Origin: an uncultured virus (IMG/VR IMGVR_UViG_3300022217_000140)
Length of the DNA: 25,547 nt
IMG/VR virus record: IMGVR_UViG_3300022217_000140
Coordinates: 1-25,547 of that record
Direction: 5' to 3' (one strand)
The position numbers were made by a program, and so were the translations under genes. Below the pieces are notes generated by a model. That model saw only the letters and a program-made list of their open reading frames with translations. It searched no databases and was not told the DNA's origin. Of this stretch, positions 17,813 through 25,547 are shown one piece after another (the stretch's first letter is position 1; every line of letters starts with the position of its first letter).

Positions 17813-18358
17813 TTAATGCAGCAACTTAACGTTATTTTTCAATGAAGGTGGTATAAGACTTTCCACCTTTTTTATAGGATTTGGGGTATATATTCTTTTT
17901 ACGTTGTCAGTACGGGCATTTGTCACAACATAATATCCGACAGACTCTTTTAATAATCTCAATTTGTCTTTTGTAAGTCTTTCCTGACTGACCCGAATTA
18001 CATCAGATATGAATGCTACCAAGACATCATCTTGAGAGATATACAATCCATTTCGCCAAATTTCTTTTCCTACATATTTCTTCCTGTGCTCAATCTTGAT
18101 ATTTTTCTCTTCCAACTGTTTATCAAGAATATGTGCATACATTTTACGGGAAGACTTGTCTTTCGGGGGATTAACTGTGATCCCAAGGTGTTTTAGCGTA
18201 GTATCCAGGCAATGCTTGACAAATAAGACAGATTTCTTCATGTGAGAGCCGAAAGAATACTTGTTCGCATTCTTGATGGCATCCTTCGCCATTTCAAGAT
18301 CATTCTCGCCAATCTCATCCAATGTTAGGTTGTCGGTATAATTAGCCATAATTATCAC
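17813..18358 (-). CDS. Hypothetical protein (~180 aa; ATG at 18349 is an alternative start)
   Basis: Coupled to the upstream stop codon. No recognised motif. Confidence 0.65.
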   Translation of the reverse strand: MIIMANYTDNLTLDEIGENDLEMAKDAIKNANKYSFGSHMKKSVLFVKHCLDTTLKHLGITVNPPKDKSSRKMYAHILDKQLEEKNIKIEHRKKYVGKEIWRNGLYISQDDVLVAFISDVIRVSQERLTKDKLRLLKESVGYYVVTNARTDNVKRIYTPNPIKKVESLIPPSLKNNVKLLH

Positions 18359-18816
18359 CCTTTGTTTAATTTTTGTTCTGAATCACTTTTTGTATTCACA
18401 TAATCACATCCCCGACCGCAACCAGAAACATGTTTCGACGCTATTTCGACAGCTTTAACGGCATCGCCACCCATCTCCATCGCCCCAAGAGCCACTTCAC
18501 GGCCAATACCCCAAGCGCAGAAAGGGTCCATTACTTTAATCTGCACTGGTTGGCTGTCGTAATAAAAACACCCATCTTTTGAGGCGACTATAAGCTGGGC
18601 CCATTCATCCGTTTTCTGGCATTCAGGTAGTTCTTTTCGATTCGCTCCTGCTTCGTACCATTCTTTCACCAACAAACCAGTACTAATTGGTCCGACGACA
18701 GCAACCACTTCTCCATTACTCAGTTTCCATAATTTTTGGATCGTCCGGATAGTGTCAGAAAACATGCCCATCCTATCAGCGGCTAATATCTTTCCATCCC
18801 ATGCGACGACGCTCAT
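18355..18816 (-). CDS. Ntn-hydrolase / proteasome-beta (HslV)-like protein (153 aa)
   Basis: M-SVVAWDGKILAAD N-terminus, conserved Lys (QKL) and AWGIG..VALGAM..G..A..AVEIA......CG C-terminus. Confidence 0.75.
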   Translation of the reverse strand: MSVVAWDGKILAADRMGMFSDTIRTIQKLWKLSNGEVVAVVGPISTGLLVKEWYEAGANRKELPECQKTDEWAQLIVASKDGCFYYDSQPVQIKVMDPFCAWGIGREVALGAMEMGGDAVKAVEIASKHVSGCGRGCDYVNTKSDSEQKLNKG

Positions 18817-19088
18817 ATTGCCCCTTCTTTATCTGAATCCAAAGCGTACCCATCCTCGAATGCTTCTTTTGGTGAAAAAGATTCATATCCATCCTTGTAG
18901 AGAACATAATAACCGCCTATTTGCGGGTTGTGTTTTTTTAAATAATCATTATCAACAACAACAGAATAGCTGTTTGTACAATCACTTATAACAGATACAC
19001 TGCCACCCGTGCTAATATTAAGAATCTTGAACGCCTTGACTTTCTTGTGACACTTGAATTCAGGTATGCTTGTTTTTGAATAATCCAT
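18813..19088 (-). CDS. Conserved small phage protein (91 aa) with GGYYVLYKDGYESFSPKEAFEDGY motif
   Basis: KCHKKVKAFKI and GYYV.Y.DGY.S.SP...FE.GY motifs. GAGGGA SD, ATGA coupling to the Ntn gene. Confidence 0.75.
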   Translation of the reverse strand: MDYSKTSIPEFKCHKKVKAFKILNISTGGSVSVISDCTNSYSVVVDNDYLKKHNPQIGGYYVLYKDGYESFSPKEAFEDGYALDSDKEGAI

Positions 19089-19101
19089 TTAAGTTCCCTC
19101 A

Positions 19102-21309
19102 TCAATTAAACTGTCTCACCGCTTGACCGGCGATTGGATTCCCAGCAACATCCTGTTCACGAGTTCGTGGTTGTTGGCGGCCTCCCTGTTGCCCCTGACG
19201 TGGTGCTGGTGCTTGTAATGCTTGAACTATCTGTTCAGGCGGGATGTTAAGTATTTGGGATAGTTTGGTAACAATTTCCTGAACTTGTTGTTCGACCATG
19301 GTTGATATCATGTTCTCGCGGGAAGGCACTATCTTCTCAGGATTGATCTTCAAAGATTTTGCATTTTCTCTGAGCAATTCGGCTCTACCATCAATACCAA
19401 TAATCTGCATATCAATTTGATTTTCGGTCGCATTGAGGAATTCCGTTCTTCTCATTTGCAACGCCTCCTGTTGGATCAGATAATCAGAGGCCCTTGCTTG
19501 TATTTTTGTGTCTCCTTTTGCAAGGTCAGGACGACTGAGCATAAGCATCAACCAATGTTCTTCTATGGATGGGGATATAACACCGACATCAATGTTTTTA
19601 GCTGCATTTCTTAGCCCTTTCGCCGCTGCATTCATCAGCATTGAAAGCCCAGAGGCGGTTTGTCCTGCTCCGCCTATCTTCTGGTTTCCGTAAATATATG
19701 CTGGTATTCCTGTCACTTCGCTACCTTGTTGAAAAAATTCGTTGTACAAATTCATCAGTTGATGTGCTATCAATAGCGGTTGAAAGAACTCTATAGGCTT
19801 TTGACCAGCAGATTTTATTTTTTCCGATGAAAACTCCCATATTTTCCCAGGATAAATATCAGTTCTTGCACATTCAGGCGGTATCAAATCTACTAATTGG
19901 TAAACCTGAATTCCAGCAGCTAATGCAGCATTATTACAAATAGCGCGAGCCAAACTATTGCACATATTTTGTACGTCACGCATAAGTTCGGGAACCGCTT
20001 TTCCCCACACCGAATCATTTTTCTTTCGGAAACTTGCTGAATATATATTTCTCCTGCCTAACGGATGAGGATTTATTTTCGCTCCGAATACATAGTTTCC
20101 CACCATGTACGCAACAATAGGATATTCACGATATGGATCTGGAATCTTTTCTATGGATAACCCCCATTCTCGAAGCATCATTCCTTGGACATTTCCCCAA
20201 AATTTGACTCCATCGATATTTCCCTCTGGATCTATCGATTCTTGAGGACGATCGTGTAAATCCTCTATTTCTGTATCATATGCCAGGTATTCTCTGTACC
20301 CATTGGCGTATTTATCAAGGATGATATCGATAATGTCTGCATCATAACCTTCAACACCACGTAAAACCTCTAAATCTGAGCGACTAAACCGGCGACGAAC
20401 ACACAAATTACCATCTTGCAAAGATTTGGAGCTTGGAGAAGGATACACATAATAAGGACTTATGCGATCATATTCTGGTACTGTTTTCTCCACGACATTT
20501 AGTTCTGACCTCATTTCACCTTCAACAGGAACCCATTTCAGCACTTGTCGCCTTCTGTATATTGGCCCTTCCATGAAAGCGGTTGGATACGTAGCAAAAT
20601 CATAAAGAAACTCCGATAGTTTTGTATACCAACCGCCTTCGACAAGCTCATCATCAATATATAACTCAAGCTCGTCAGCATCTTCTTTGGCTTGCTCACG
20701 GATAAGATTCAGCAAGTCTTTCTCAAACCTATTCTTGGCTTCCTGAAAATCCTCTTGATCTATCATTGATAGATCAAATGGTACACCATCTTGTTGAGCT
20801 TGCATTTGCACTCGACCGAAATAGTCTTGTACAAACATGAACTTTGCTTTCGCTGCAATATTAGGAGGGATATCCGGGATCGGTGTGGGCTCAATTGAAT
20901 ATGGGCGTTCTCCTGATGGAATCATGATATCGTTTAGCCATGCCTCTAATGCTTGACATTTCGTATCAGTAAGGAGCATGTATATTTTCGTTCCATTCGC
21001 TTTTTCTATTAGATCGAGTATATCGGCCTCATATACTCCTTCCCGTTGTCTGAGACATTGAAGCATTCGTTCAGATACTATTGTTTTTGCATTTATGGCG
21101 ACAGTATAAGCCGACCTAATATGCCCTGCTAAACTTGATATCAATGGGCTGTTGTTGGATTCCTCAGCTTGCCTTCGGGCTTCTTCTTTTTCGGCTTCGG
21201 CCTTGTCCATCTCGTCATTCGATATTAGACGGATAAGAGGTCTTTCGTGGGCTGTGTTGCCAGACCTAACACCGGGACCATAATTAGTGTTGATTCCTTG
21301 TAGTGCCAT
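19102..21309 (-). other. Portal protein (~735 aa, 933W-like large portal)
   Basis: Follows TerL. SVWGKAVPELMRDVQ...N...RA..NNA, IYPGKIWEF, TGIPAYIYG and TASGLSMLMNAA motifs, Gln-rich tail. ATG at 21309 preferred over the track start at 21318. Confidence 0.92.
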
Positions 21310-21311
21310 TT

Positions 21312-22955
21312 TCACCAAGCGTATTTGACTTTTGTAATCGGCTTATAAACGAATGGTTGTGCTTGGTTTTTGACTCTAGCGTGAGTCATAGCCAAGCTCA
21401 TCATCCTGTCAGGAGAGCGATGCAATAATTCTTTAATCGTTTCTGTAGACATCACTTTTATTTTGCCATTCTTGATTTCGTATGTAAGTGTATGAATTTC
21501 TTCCAGAAGTTCATCATCAGGGGGGAGCATTGAACCTTCATCAGTTCTCAACCATTCCCGCATAGCCCATAGTAATTGATCTCTTTTTACACCAAAATCT
21601 CCCATTTCGGTAGTTTCTGTAACTGACTCCGATACCTTGATTCCATGGGCGTTGCAATGTAATCTCCGCATGTGCGGTGCAACTCCAGCCCCAACGCCAA
21701 TGGCATCAACCGCGATTGCATCTATTGGTCTCTTGTGGTACTCCAATGATGCCCTGTCTCCAGTCTCTAACATATCTACACCACCCCAACCAACAAGACG
21801 ATCAACCCAACCACCATATCGAAAACAACAGAAAGTCATATCATTTCCAAATTCGGCACAATCCAATCCCATAACCCCGACAGATCCACGTGGAGGAACT
21901 TCCCCAAATTTCGCAACGTAAAGATCCCATCTTGCCCTAGCCGATGCCGTCCATTCTTTCGATATAAGCTGATTTACAGCTTGGGCCGGGTATCTACCAA
22001 GCACCATGTAGGAAAAGGCTGGATCGTTGATCTTGTACCAGCCAGCCAAAAGAGGTGGAAATGGTTTTCCCTTATGATCTTTCGCTACTACACCTGTAAG
22101 GAATTCCGGGAGTTCAAAGCACTCCTCATCAACACTTTCCCCCTCTTGAATTTTCCGGCACCATTGGTTTGTTCTCCGTGCGGTTGTCTCCCTGTCTACC
22201 GCACCAAGTATAATATTCTGTCCAGTAATTACATTCGGATGAGAAAAAGCCGATAGGGTGATTACGTTCGCCAAGCCATCCCGTTCCATCCGGTAGACTG
22301 GCCCAGACTCAGCGCGGGGATTGAACATTATCAATAACCGAATATGCCCACCTGACATGCATGATTCAATCCCTTTATAGACTTCGTCCGGAACTCCATC
22401 ACCTTCATCAATGATAAATAATATGTGAGGTGCGTGTTTCCCGGAAAATTTAGCTTGTCTTTCTGCTTCTGTTCCAGATGACGGAATAGTGACTCCTGTT
22501 AAAAATGACTTCGGATTTCTTTCCAAATTGAGTATATTGCTTTTGTATCGGGAAAAAACCTTTGGATATCGTAAAACAAGATCTCCGATCTCTCCCCATA
22601 AAACTCTTTTTAAATTTGCTTCTGGTGGAGCTGCGCCGGTGTAAACCTGTGAATCCTGAAAAACATTAAAAAACCAACTAGCTACCCTAGCCGCTCCATG
22701 AGTTTTCCCGGTTTGATTGGCTGATTTTGCAACAGTAATAATATTATCCCTCACGGACTCCATCATCGCCTTCACATCATCAGTATACTTCTCCCTAAAA
22801 ATATCCTCACCGAATCCAACCGGATCATCTTGGTATTCTTCGTAGGACACGTTAGAATCCAGAACGTTTTCAATTACGTTTTCTGGAAAGCGACTCTCTA
22901 AGTCCACCAATAACTTCTTTACGTAGCTCTTCGGGAAGACTTCTAAGGATTGCAT
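21312..22955 (-). CDS. terL: Terminase large subunit (547 aa)
   Basis: Walker A SANQTGKT, Walker B ILFIIDE, coupling motif MFNP, and RNase-H nuclease motifs GLDCAEFGND, VDAIGVGAGV and SPDR. Confidence 0.93.
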   Translation of the reverse strand: MQSLEVFPKSYVKKLLVDLESRFPENVIENVLDSNVSYEEYQDDPVGFGEDIFREKYTDDVKAMMESVRDNIITVAKSANQTGKTHGAARVASWFFNVFQDSQVYTGAAPPEANLKRVLWGEIGDLVLRYPKVFSRYKSNILNLERNPKSFLTGVTIPSSGTEAERQAKFSGKHAPHILFIIDEGDGVPDEVYKGIESCMSGGHIRLLIMFNPRAESGPVYRMERDGLANVITLSAFSHPNVITGQNIILGAVDRETTARRTNQWCRKIQEGESVDEECFELPEFLTGVVAKDHKGKPFPPLLAGWYKINDPAFSYMVLGRYPAQAVNQLISKEWTASARARWDLYVAKFGEVPPRGSVGVMGLDCAEFGNDMTFCCFRYGGWVDRLVGWGGVDMLETGDRASLEYHKRPIDAIAVDAIGVGAGVAPHMRRLHCNAHGIKVSESVTETTEMGDFGVKRDQLLWAMREWLRTDEGSMLPPDDELLEEIHTLTYEIKNGKIKVMSTETIKELLHRSPDRMMSLAMTHARVKNQAQPFVYKPITKVKYAW

Positions 22956-23364
22956 TTAGCGTTTCCTCATTTAACTTAACATCTACCGATTTTGTATCCC
23001 GCCATCGTCCAGGATTGCGGTTTTTTAGCCAGAATATAGCTGCTGTTGTTTCAGGTGGATAATGTTTTATTTGTTGGTGGGTTATTATTTCACCGTCTTG
23101 GCAAAAAACTTTTTCTTCTGGATGTTCATATCCACATGCTCGCTCTAGCAATGAAACTTCAACATGTTCCGTGTCAAAGATGTCCTTACCTTTTTTTATG
23201 GAGGCTAAAAACTTAGGATAATCCCTCTTCCAGTTTGTAATTGTTGCCTTGCAAGCTCCGAAAAATTCAGCAAGTTTCTTGTCATCAGCCCCAAATATAG
23301 TACAAGCCTTTTCCGCCTGTTCGTTATATTCTTCTTTATATTTTTTGGGACGTCCACCAGCCAT
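22870..23364 (-). CDS. terS: Terminase small subunit (164 aa)
   Basis: GRP.KY, HTH (GADDKKLAEFFG....TI.NW...YP.F), SL..RA.GY and PPETTAAIFWLKNR.P..WRD motifs. TGATG coupling gives the start at 23364. Confidence 0.92.
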   Translation of the reverse strand: MAGGRPKKYKEEYNEQAEKACTIFGADDKKLAEFFGACKATITNWKRDYPKFLASIKKGKDIFDTEHVEVSLLERACGYEHPEEKVFCQDGEIITHQQIKHYPPETTAAIFWLKNRNPGRWRDTKSVDVKLNEETLNAILRSLPEELRKEVIGGLRESLSRKRN

Positions 23365-23567
23365 CAAGACACCTCTTGCGTTTTTGTCCCATTCCCGGAC
23401 AGCGCCGCTTTAACCCCAAAATAACCACCAAGAACAAACATAAGAACCTCTTTCAGGGCTTGGGCAGAAACTTTCCCAACTATTGAAAGATAACAGAAAG
23501 TTGCCGCTACCATGAGTGTAATCACTGACATTACGAGTTCTTTAGGTTTTTGGAATAGGTTTTTCAT
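23364..23567 (-). CDS. Holin-like two-TM membrane protein (67 aa)
   Basis: Two hydrophobic segments, the second ending in VLGGYFG. Lies upstream of terS. Confidence 0.6.
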   Translation of the reverse strand: MKNLFQKPKELVMSVITLMVAATFCYLSIVGKVSAQALKEVLMFVLGGYFGVKAALSGNGTKTQEVS

Positions 23568-23721
23568 TTTTTTCTAAAGATTTTACCTTAACTCGTTGTA
23601 TCATCTTATCTGTTTTTATGGGGACTTCATCATAATTCATAATCATTGTTCCTATAGATCTTCCCCCGAAACCACCAATTTTATTCCCTAAGAATATTTC
23701 CATTTTAATTTTCATATCCAT
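23542..23721 (-). CDS. Hypothetical 59-aa protein (not in the ORF track)
   Basis: MDMKIKMEIFLGNKIGGFGGRS...KPIPKT, translated by hand. AAGGGG SD. Confidence 0.45.
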   Translation of the reverse strand: MDMKIKMEIFLGNKIGGFGGRSIGTMIMNYDEVPIKTDKMIQRVKVKSLEKNEKPIPKT

Positions 23722-23801
23722 ATTCCCCTTAAATTAAAACTGGTTTTTCATAAAAGCGTTCAATCATCCGAATGTGATCAAATGTTTAGTTTTATTGTCA
23801 C

Positions 23802-23849
23802 AAAACAAAAAAAGGCCGCATTGGGGTTTAAATCCCAAATACGGCCTTT
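23802..23849 (-). terminator. Intrinsic terminator upstream of the late operon
   Basis: Minus strand: AAAGGCCGTA-TTTGGGA-TTTAAA-CCCCAA-TGCGGCCTTTTTTTGTTTTG, a long stem followed by a U-tract. Confidence 0.8.
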
Positions 23850-23954
23850 GTCCTTCAAGATTACGGAAGGTGTAAGCTATGATTGATTAACTAATGTTGG
23901 AAATAATCTTCTTTCTTTTGTATGGGCAGAAATTTAAGCCTGTAAAAACATGTA

Positions 23955-24143
23955 TCATGTATTTGATTCCTGATTCGCATTTTGCGTATCCTTAATTACA
24001 AATGTTGGTTTGATCGTTGACTCCTTCAAACAATCATTTGAGCATATTTCATCTCCACTTTTATAGGCGGAGTCAGCATTAGGACATTTATAGGACCTTC
24101 CTTTGTACCAAATAAAATAGTTTCCAAAGCATTTTGGTTTCAT
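23955..24143 (-). CDS. Small Cys-containing hypothetical protein (62 aa)
   Basis: ORF track entry with four Cys. Weak SD. Confidence 0.4.
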   Translation of the reverse strand: MKPKCFGNYFIWYKGRSYKCPNADSAYKSGDEICSNDCLKESTIKPTFVIKDTQNANQESNT

Positions 24144-24149
24144 TTTTTA

Positions 24150-24242
24150 TCATGCTGAATTAACTACTTGTTGCAATAGGAAAATTCCCTTCCTGAAAAG
24201 TTTCAAAACTTCGATTAATATATTTTTCTGTTTTTCGGTCAT
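24150..24242 (-). CDS. Candidate 30-aa leader peptide MTEKQKNILIEVLKLFRKGIFLLQQVVNSA
   Basis: Short ORF ~25 nt after the promoter -10, GAGAG upstream, amphipathic helix pattern. An alternative frame from the ATG at 24255 also exists. Confidence 0.35.
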   Translation of the reverse strand: MTEKQKNILIEVLKLFRKGIFLLQQVVNSA

Positions 24243-24266
24243 ATATTTCTCTCATATTATATATAT

Positions 24267-24295
24267 AATATACCAATTGATTTCATAAAAGTCAA
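24267..24295 (-). promoter_or_regulatory. Sigma70-type promoter facing the late operon
   Basis: TTGACT (24295-24290), 17-nt spacer, TATATT (24272-24267) with an extended -10 TG. Confidence 0.65.
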
Positions 24296-24296
24296 A

Positions 24297-24536
24297 AAAT
24301 CAACATTCGCCAAATATCGAGGAGACTTATTACTTGGAAATAATAATGTAGACTGCTATGCTTTGGATAATGGAGAGAGAGTTATAAGTCTGAGAGCTAC
24401 TTTAAAAGCTATAGCTGATAGAGACAGTAGCGCCCTGGCAGAATATATTAGCATACAGGCGCTAAAGCCATACATTAACAAGGAGTTAGTCCTGGCAGAA
24501 ACAAATGTATGGAGTTTTCTAAGGAAAAAGCTGTAA
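24297..24536 (+). pseudogene. Start-less fragment resembling the N-terminus of P63C-domain phage proteins
   Basis: Hand translation: FAKYRGDLLLGNNNVDCYALDNGERVISLRATLKAIA...LKPYINKELVLAE, then stop at 24534-24536. No ATG/GTG/TTG between the upstream stop (24216) and the motif. Confidence 0.6.
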
Positions 24537-24576
24537 AATGATCAAATTGCAAGTTTTTCTTGTCTTAAAAAGAGAA

Positions 24577-24744
24577 TCAATATGGACGTCTAGTCCCCAT
24601 ATTGAGGACTCGGCATTTTTCGCAGAAGAAATATACAGTTCTTCCATTTTCCATGGTAGTAGAGAATGTCTTGTCACAGCGATTGCACTTTCTTTTCGCC
24701 TTGTAGTTTTTCTTCTTCAATCTCGGTTGGGAGTACTTCGGCAT
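24577..24744 (-). CDS. 55-aa basic zinc-ribbon protein (not in the ORF track)
   Basis: MPKYSQPRLKKKNYKAKRKCNRCDKTFSTTMENGRTVYFFCEKCRVLNMGTRRPY, with CxxC-x17-CxxC. AGGAGG SD. Confidence 0.8.
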   Translation of the reverse strand: MPKYSQPRLKKKNYKAKRKCNRCDKTFSTTMENGRTVYFFCEKCRVLNMGTRRPY

Positions 24745-24794
24745 GGCTACGCCTCCTATGTGGTTCTTGTATCAACCTTGTGCGCTTCGCTTAT

Positions 24795-24822
24795 ATTATA
24801 TTGGGGTAAATTTTCTTTTCAA
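24795..24822 (-). promoter_or_regulatory. Sigma70-type promoter of the zinc-ribbon gene
   Basis: TTGAAA (24822-24817), 16-nt spacer, TATAAT (24800-24795). Confidence 0.65.
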
Positions 24823-24850
24823 GAGCGATATGGGGCGATATGGGGCGATT
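24821..24850. repeat. Three 10-bp direct repeats abutting the -35 box (candidate operator)
   Basis: aagagcgata tggggcgata tggggcgatt. Confidence 0.75.
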
Positions 24851-25038
24851 TCCCTTCGATTTCCTACACCCGCATCGGGGGGGGTGGTGTTCTCCGTTTT
24901 TCACACCTTTTTGAAATGAAATTCTCATCTGGACAGTTTAGAAACGATTATGAGCCATTTAGCATTGATTTCCTCTTATTGCCTCCCATTATCTTCTATT
25001 TCCTTTTGTAATACCGGAAAAGCAGCGGAGGCAGATCA

Positions 25039-25392
25039 TTATTTTGAGATTATAATATCAACAATAATTCTCATTTCTTTAGCAGTCTCGCATGTCCTCA
25101 TATGACGTTCAATACTATCTCTGACAACCTCTATGGATTCCTCATTCCAACCCCATGCATCTCTGTTAATGTGCGAAAATAATTCTTCTGAATCAATGAC
25201 ATGATCATCTGGATATGTATTAAGTAACGCGCTTATCTTCTCTAACAATCTTTTTGTGCGTCTTAACATACGGCGAGAGGGTAATGTGATTTCTGAGAAA
25301 ATGTTTAAGGCGATTATTTCATTTTTACTGTTTTTCACGCTGCAACCAATTGTCAGAAAGATTGTTAATAATATGCTTAAAAAATATCTCAT
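25039..25392 (-). CDS. Putative lipoprotein (117 aa)
   Basis: MRYFLSILLTIFLTIG-C signal with a near-canonical lipobox. Confidence 0.55.
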   Translation of the reverse strand: MRYFLSILLTIFLTIGCSVKNSKNEIIALNIFSEITLPSRRMLRRTKRLLEKISALLNTYPDDHVIDSEELFSHINRDAWGWNEESIEVVRDSIERHMRTCETAKEMRIIVDIIISK

Positions 25393-25395
25393 GAT

Positions 25396-25476
25396 TTATC
25401 CATTTGCTTTTATATTTCTATCATACATAACTATTGATCCAGTAGTTGCGACGTTTAAGCAGTACTTACTTGGTAA
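25396..25476 (-). pseudogene. Fragment resembling the SpoU/TrmH RNA methyltransferase C-terminus
   Basis: LPSKYCLNVATTGSIVMYDRNIK matches SPOUT motif 3 (LP...(S/C)LNVAxxGSIxxYD). An in-frame stop lies 9 codons upstream (25504-25506), with no start codon in between. Confidence 0.5.
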
Positions 25477-25547
25477 TGGAAAACCGGGATATGTGTATCC
25501 TATTTAAAAATCCTCTTTTAATTCACCGCTTAAAATGGCGTTGCCAG

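Larger units (their letters stand above)
1..25547 (-). mobile_element. Tailed phage/prophage virion morphogenesis region (podovirus-like: terminase-portal-scaffold-capsid-adaptors-nozzle-fibre-ejection proteins)
   Basis: Contiguous, co-oriented, often stop/start-coupled minus-strand genes with terminase, portal and capsid motifs. No tape-measure, tail-tube or sheath gene is recognisable. No integrase or att site lies in the window, so prophage versus free phage is unresolved. Confidence 0.95.

Noticed and set aside
24538-25011. 157-aa plus-strand ORF
   Set aside because: Overlaps a better-supported minus-strand zinc-ribbon gene with promoter and AGGAGG SD. No recognisable motif.
1-25547. Alternative genetic code, tRNA genes, or host assignment
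   Set aside because: TAA, TAG and TGA all end full-length genes under code 11. No cloverleaf was noticed. The host cannot be supported from this sequence alone.

Overview
The window is the virion-morphogenesis arm of a tailed dsDNA phage or prophage, encoded almost entirely on the minus strand. Its layout resembles short-tailed podoviral phages of the 933W/BPP-1/P22 type. From right to left it contains: a regulatory region with gene fragments; a holin-like gene; small and large terminase; portal; three inserted accessory genes (including an Ntn-hydrolase/HslV-like gene); a signal-peptide beta-helix protein; scaffold; major capsid; decoration protein; two adaptor proteins; tail nozzle; tail fibre and small virion genes; a GNAT-like gene; and three probable ejection proteins. 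The last ejection gene is absent from the ORF track because it runs off the left edge. Translated by hand (4287 down to <1, at least 1429 aa), it is a polyvalent protein: ejection-type N-terminus, inorganic pyrophosphatase-like (InPase) domain, NPPF adenine methyltransferase, and the start of a Strawberry-notch SF2 helicase. The most striking observation is that both inter-domain linkers following an enzymatic domain hide a complete same-strand +1-frame ORF with its own strong Shine-Dalgarno site (378-740 and 1818-2009), i.e. candidate nested genes. All family assignments come from motif recognition by eye; no database searches were run.
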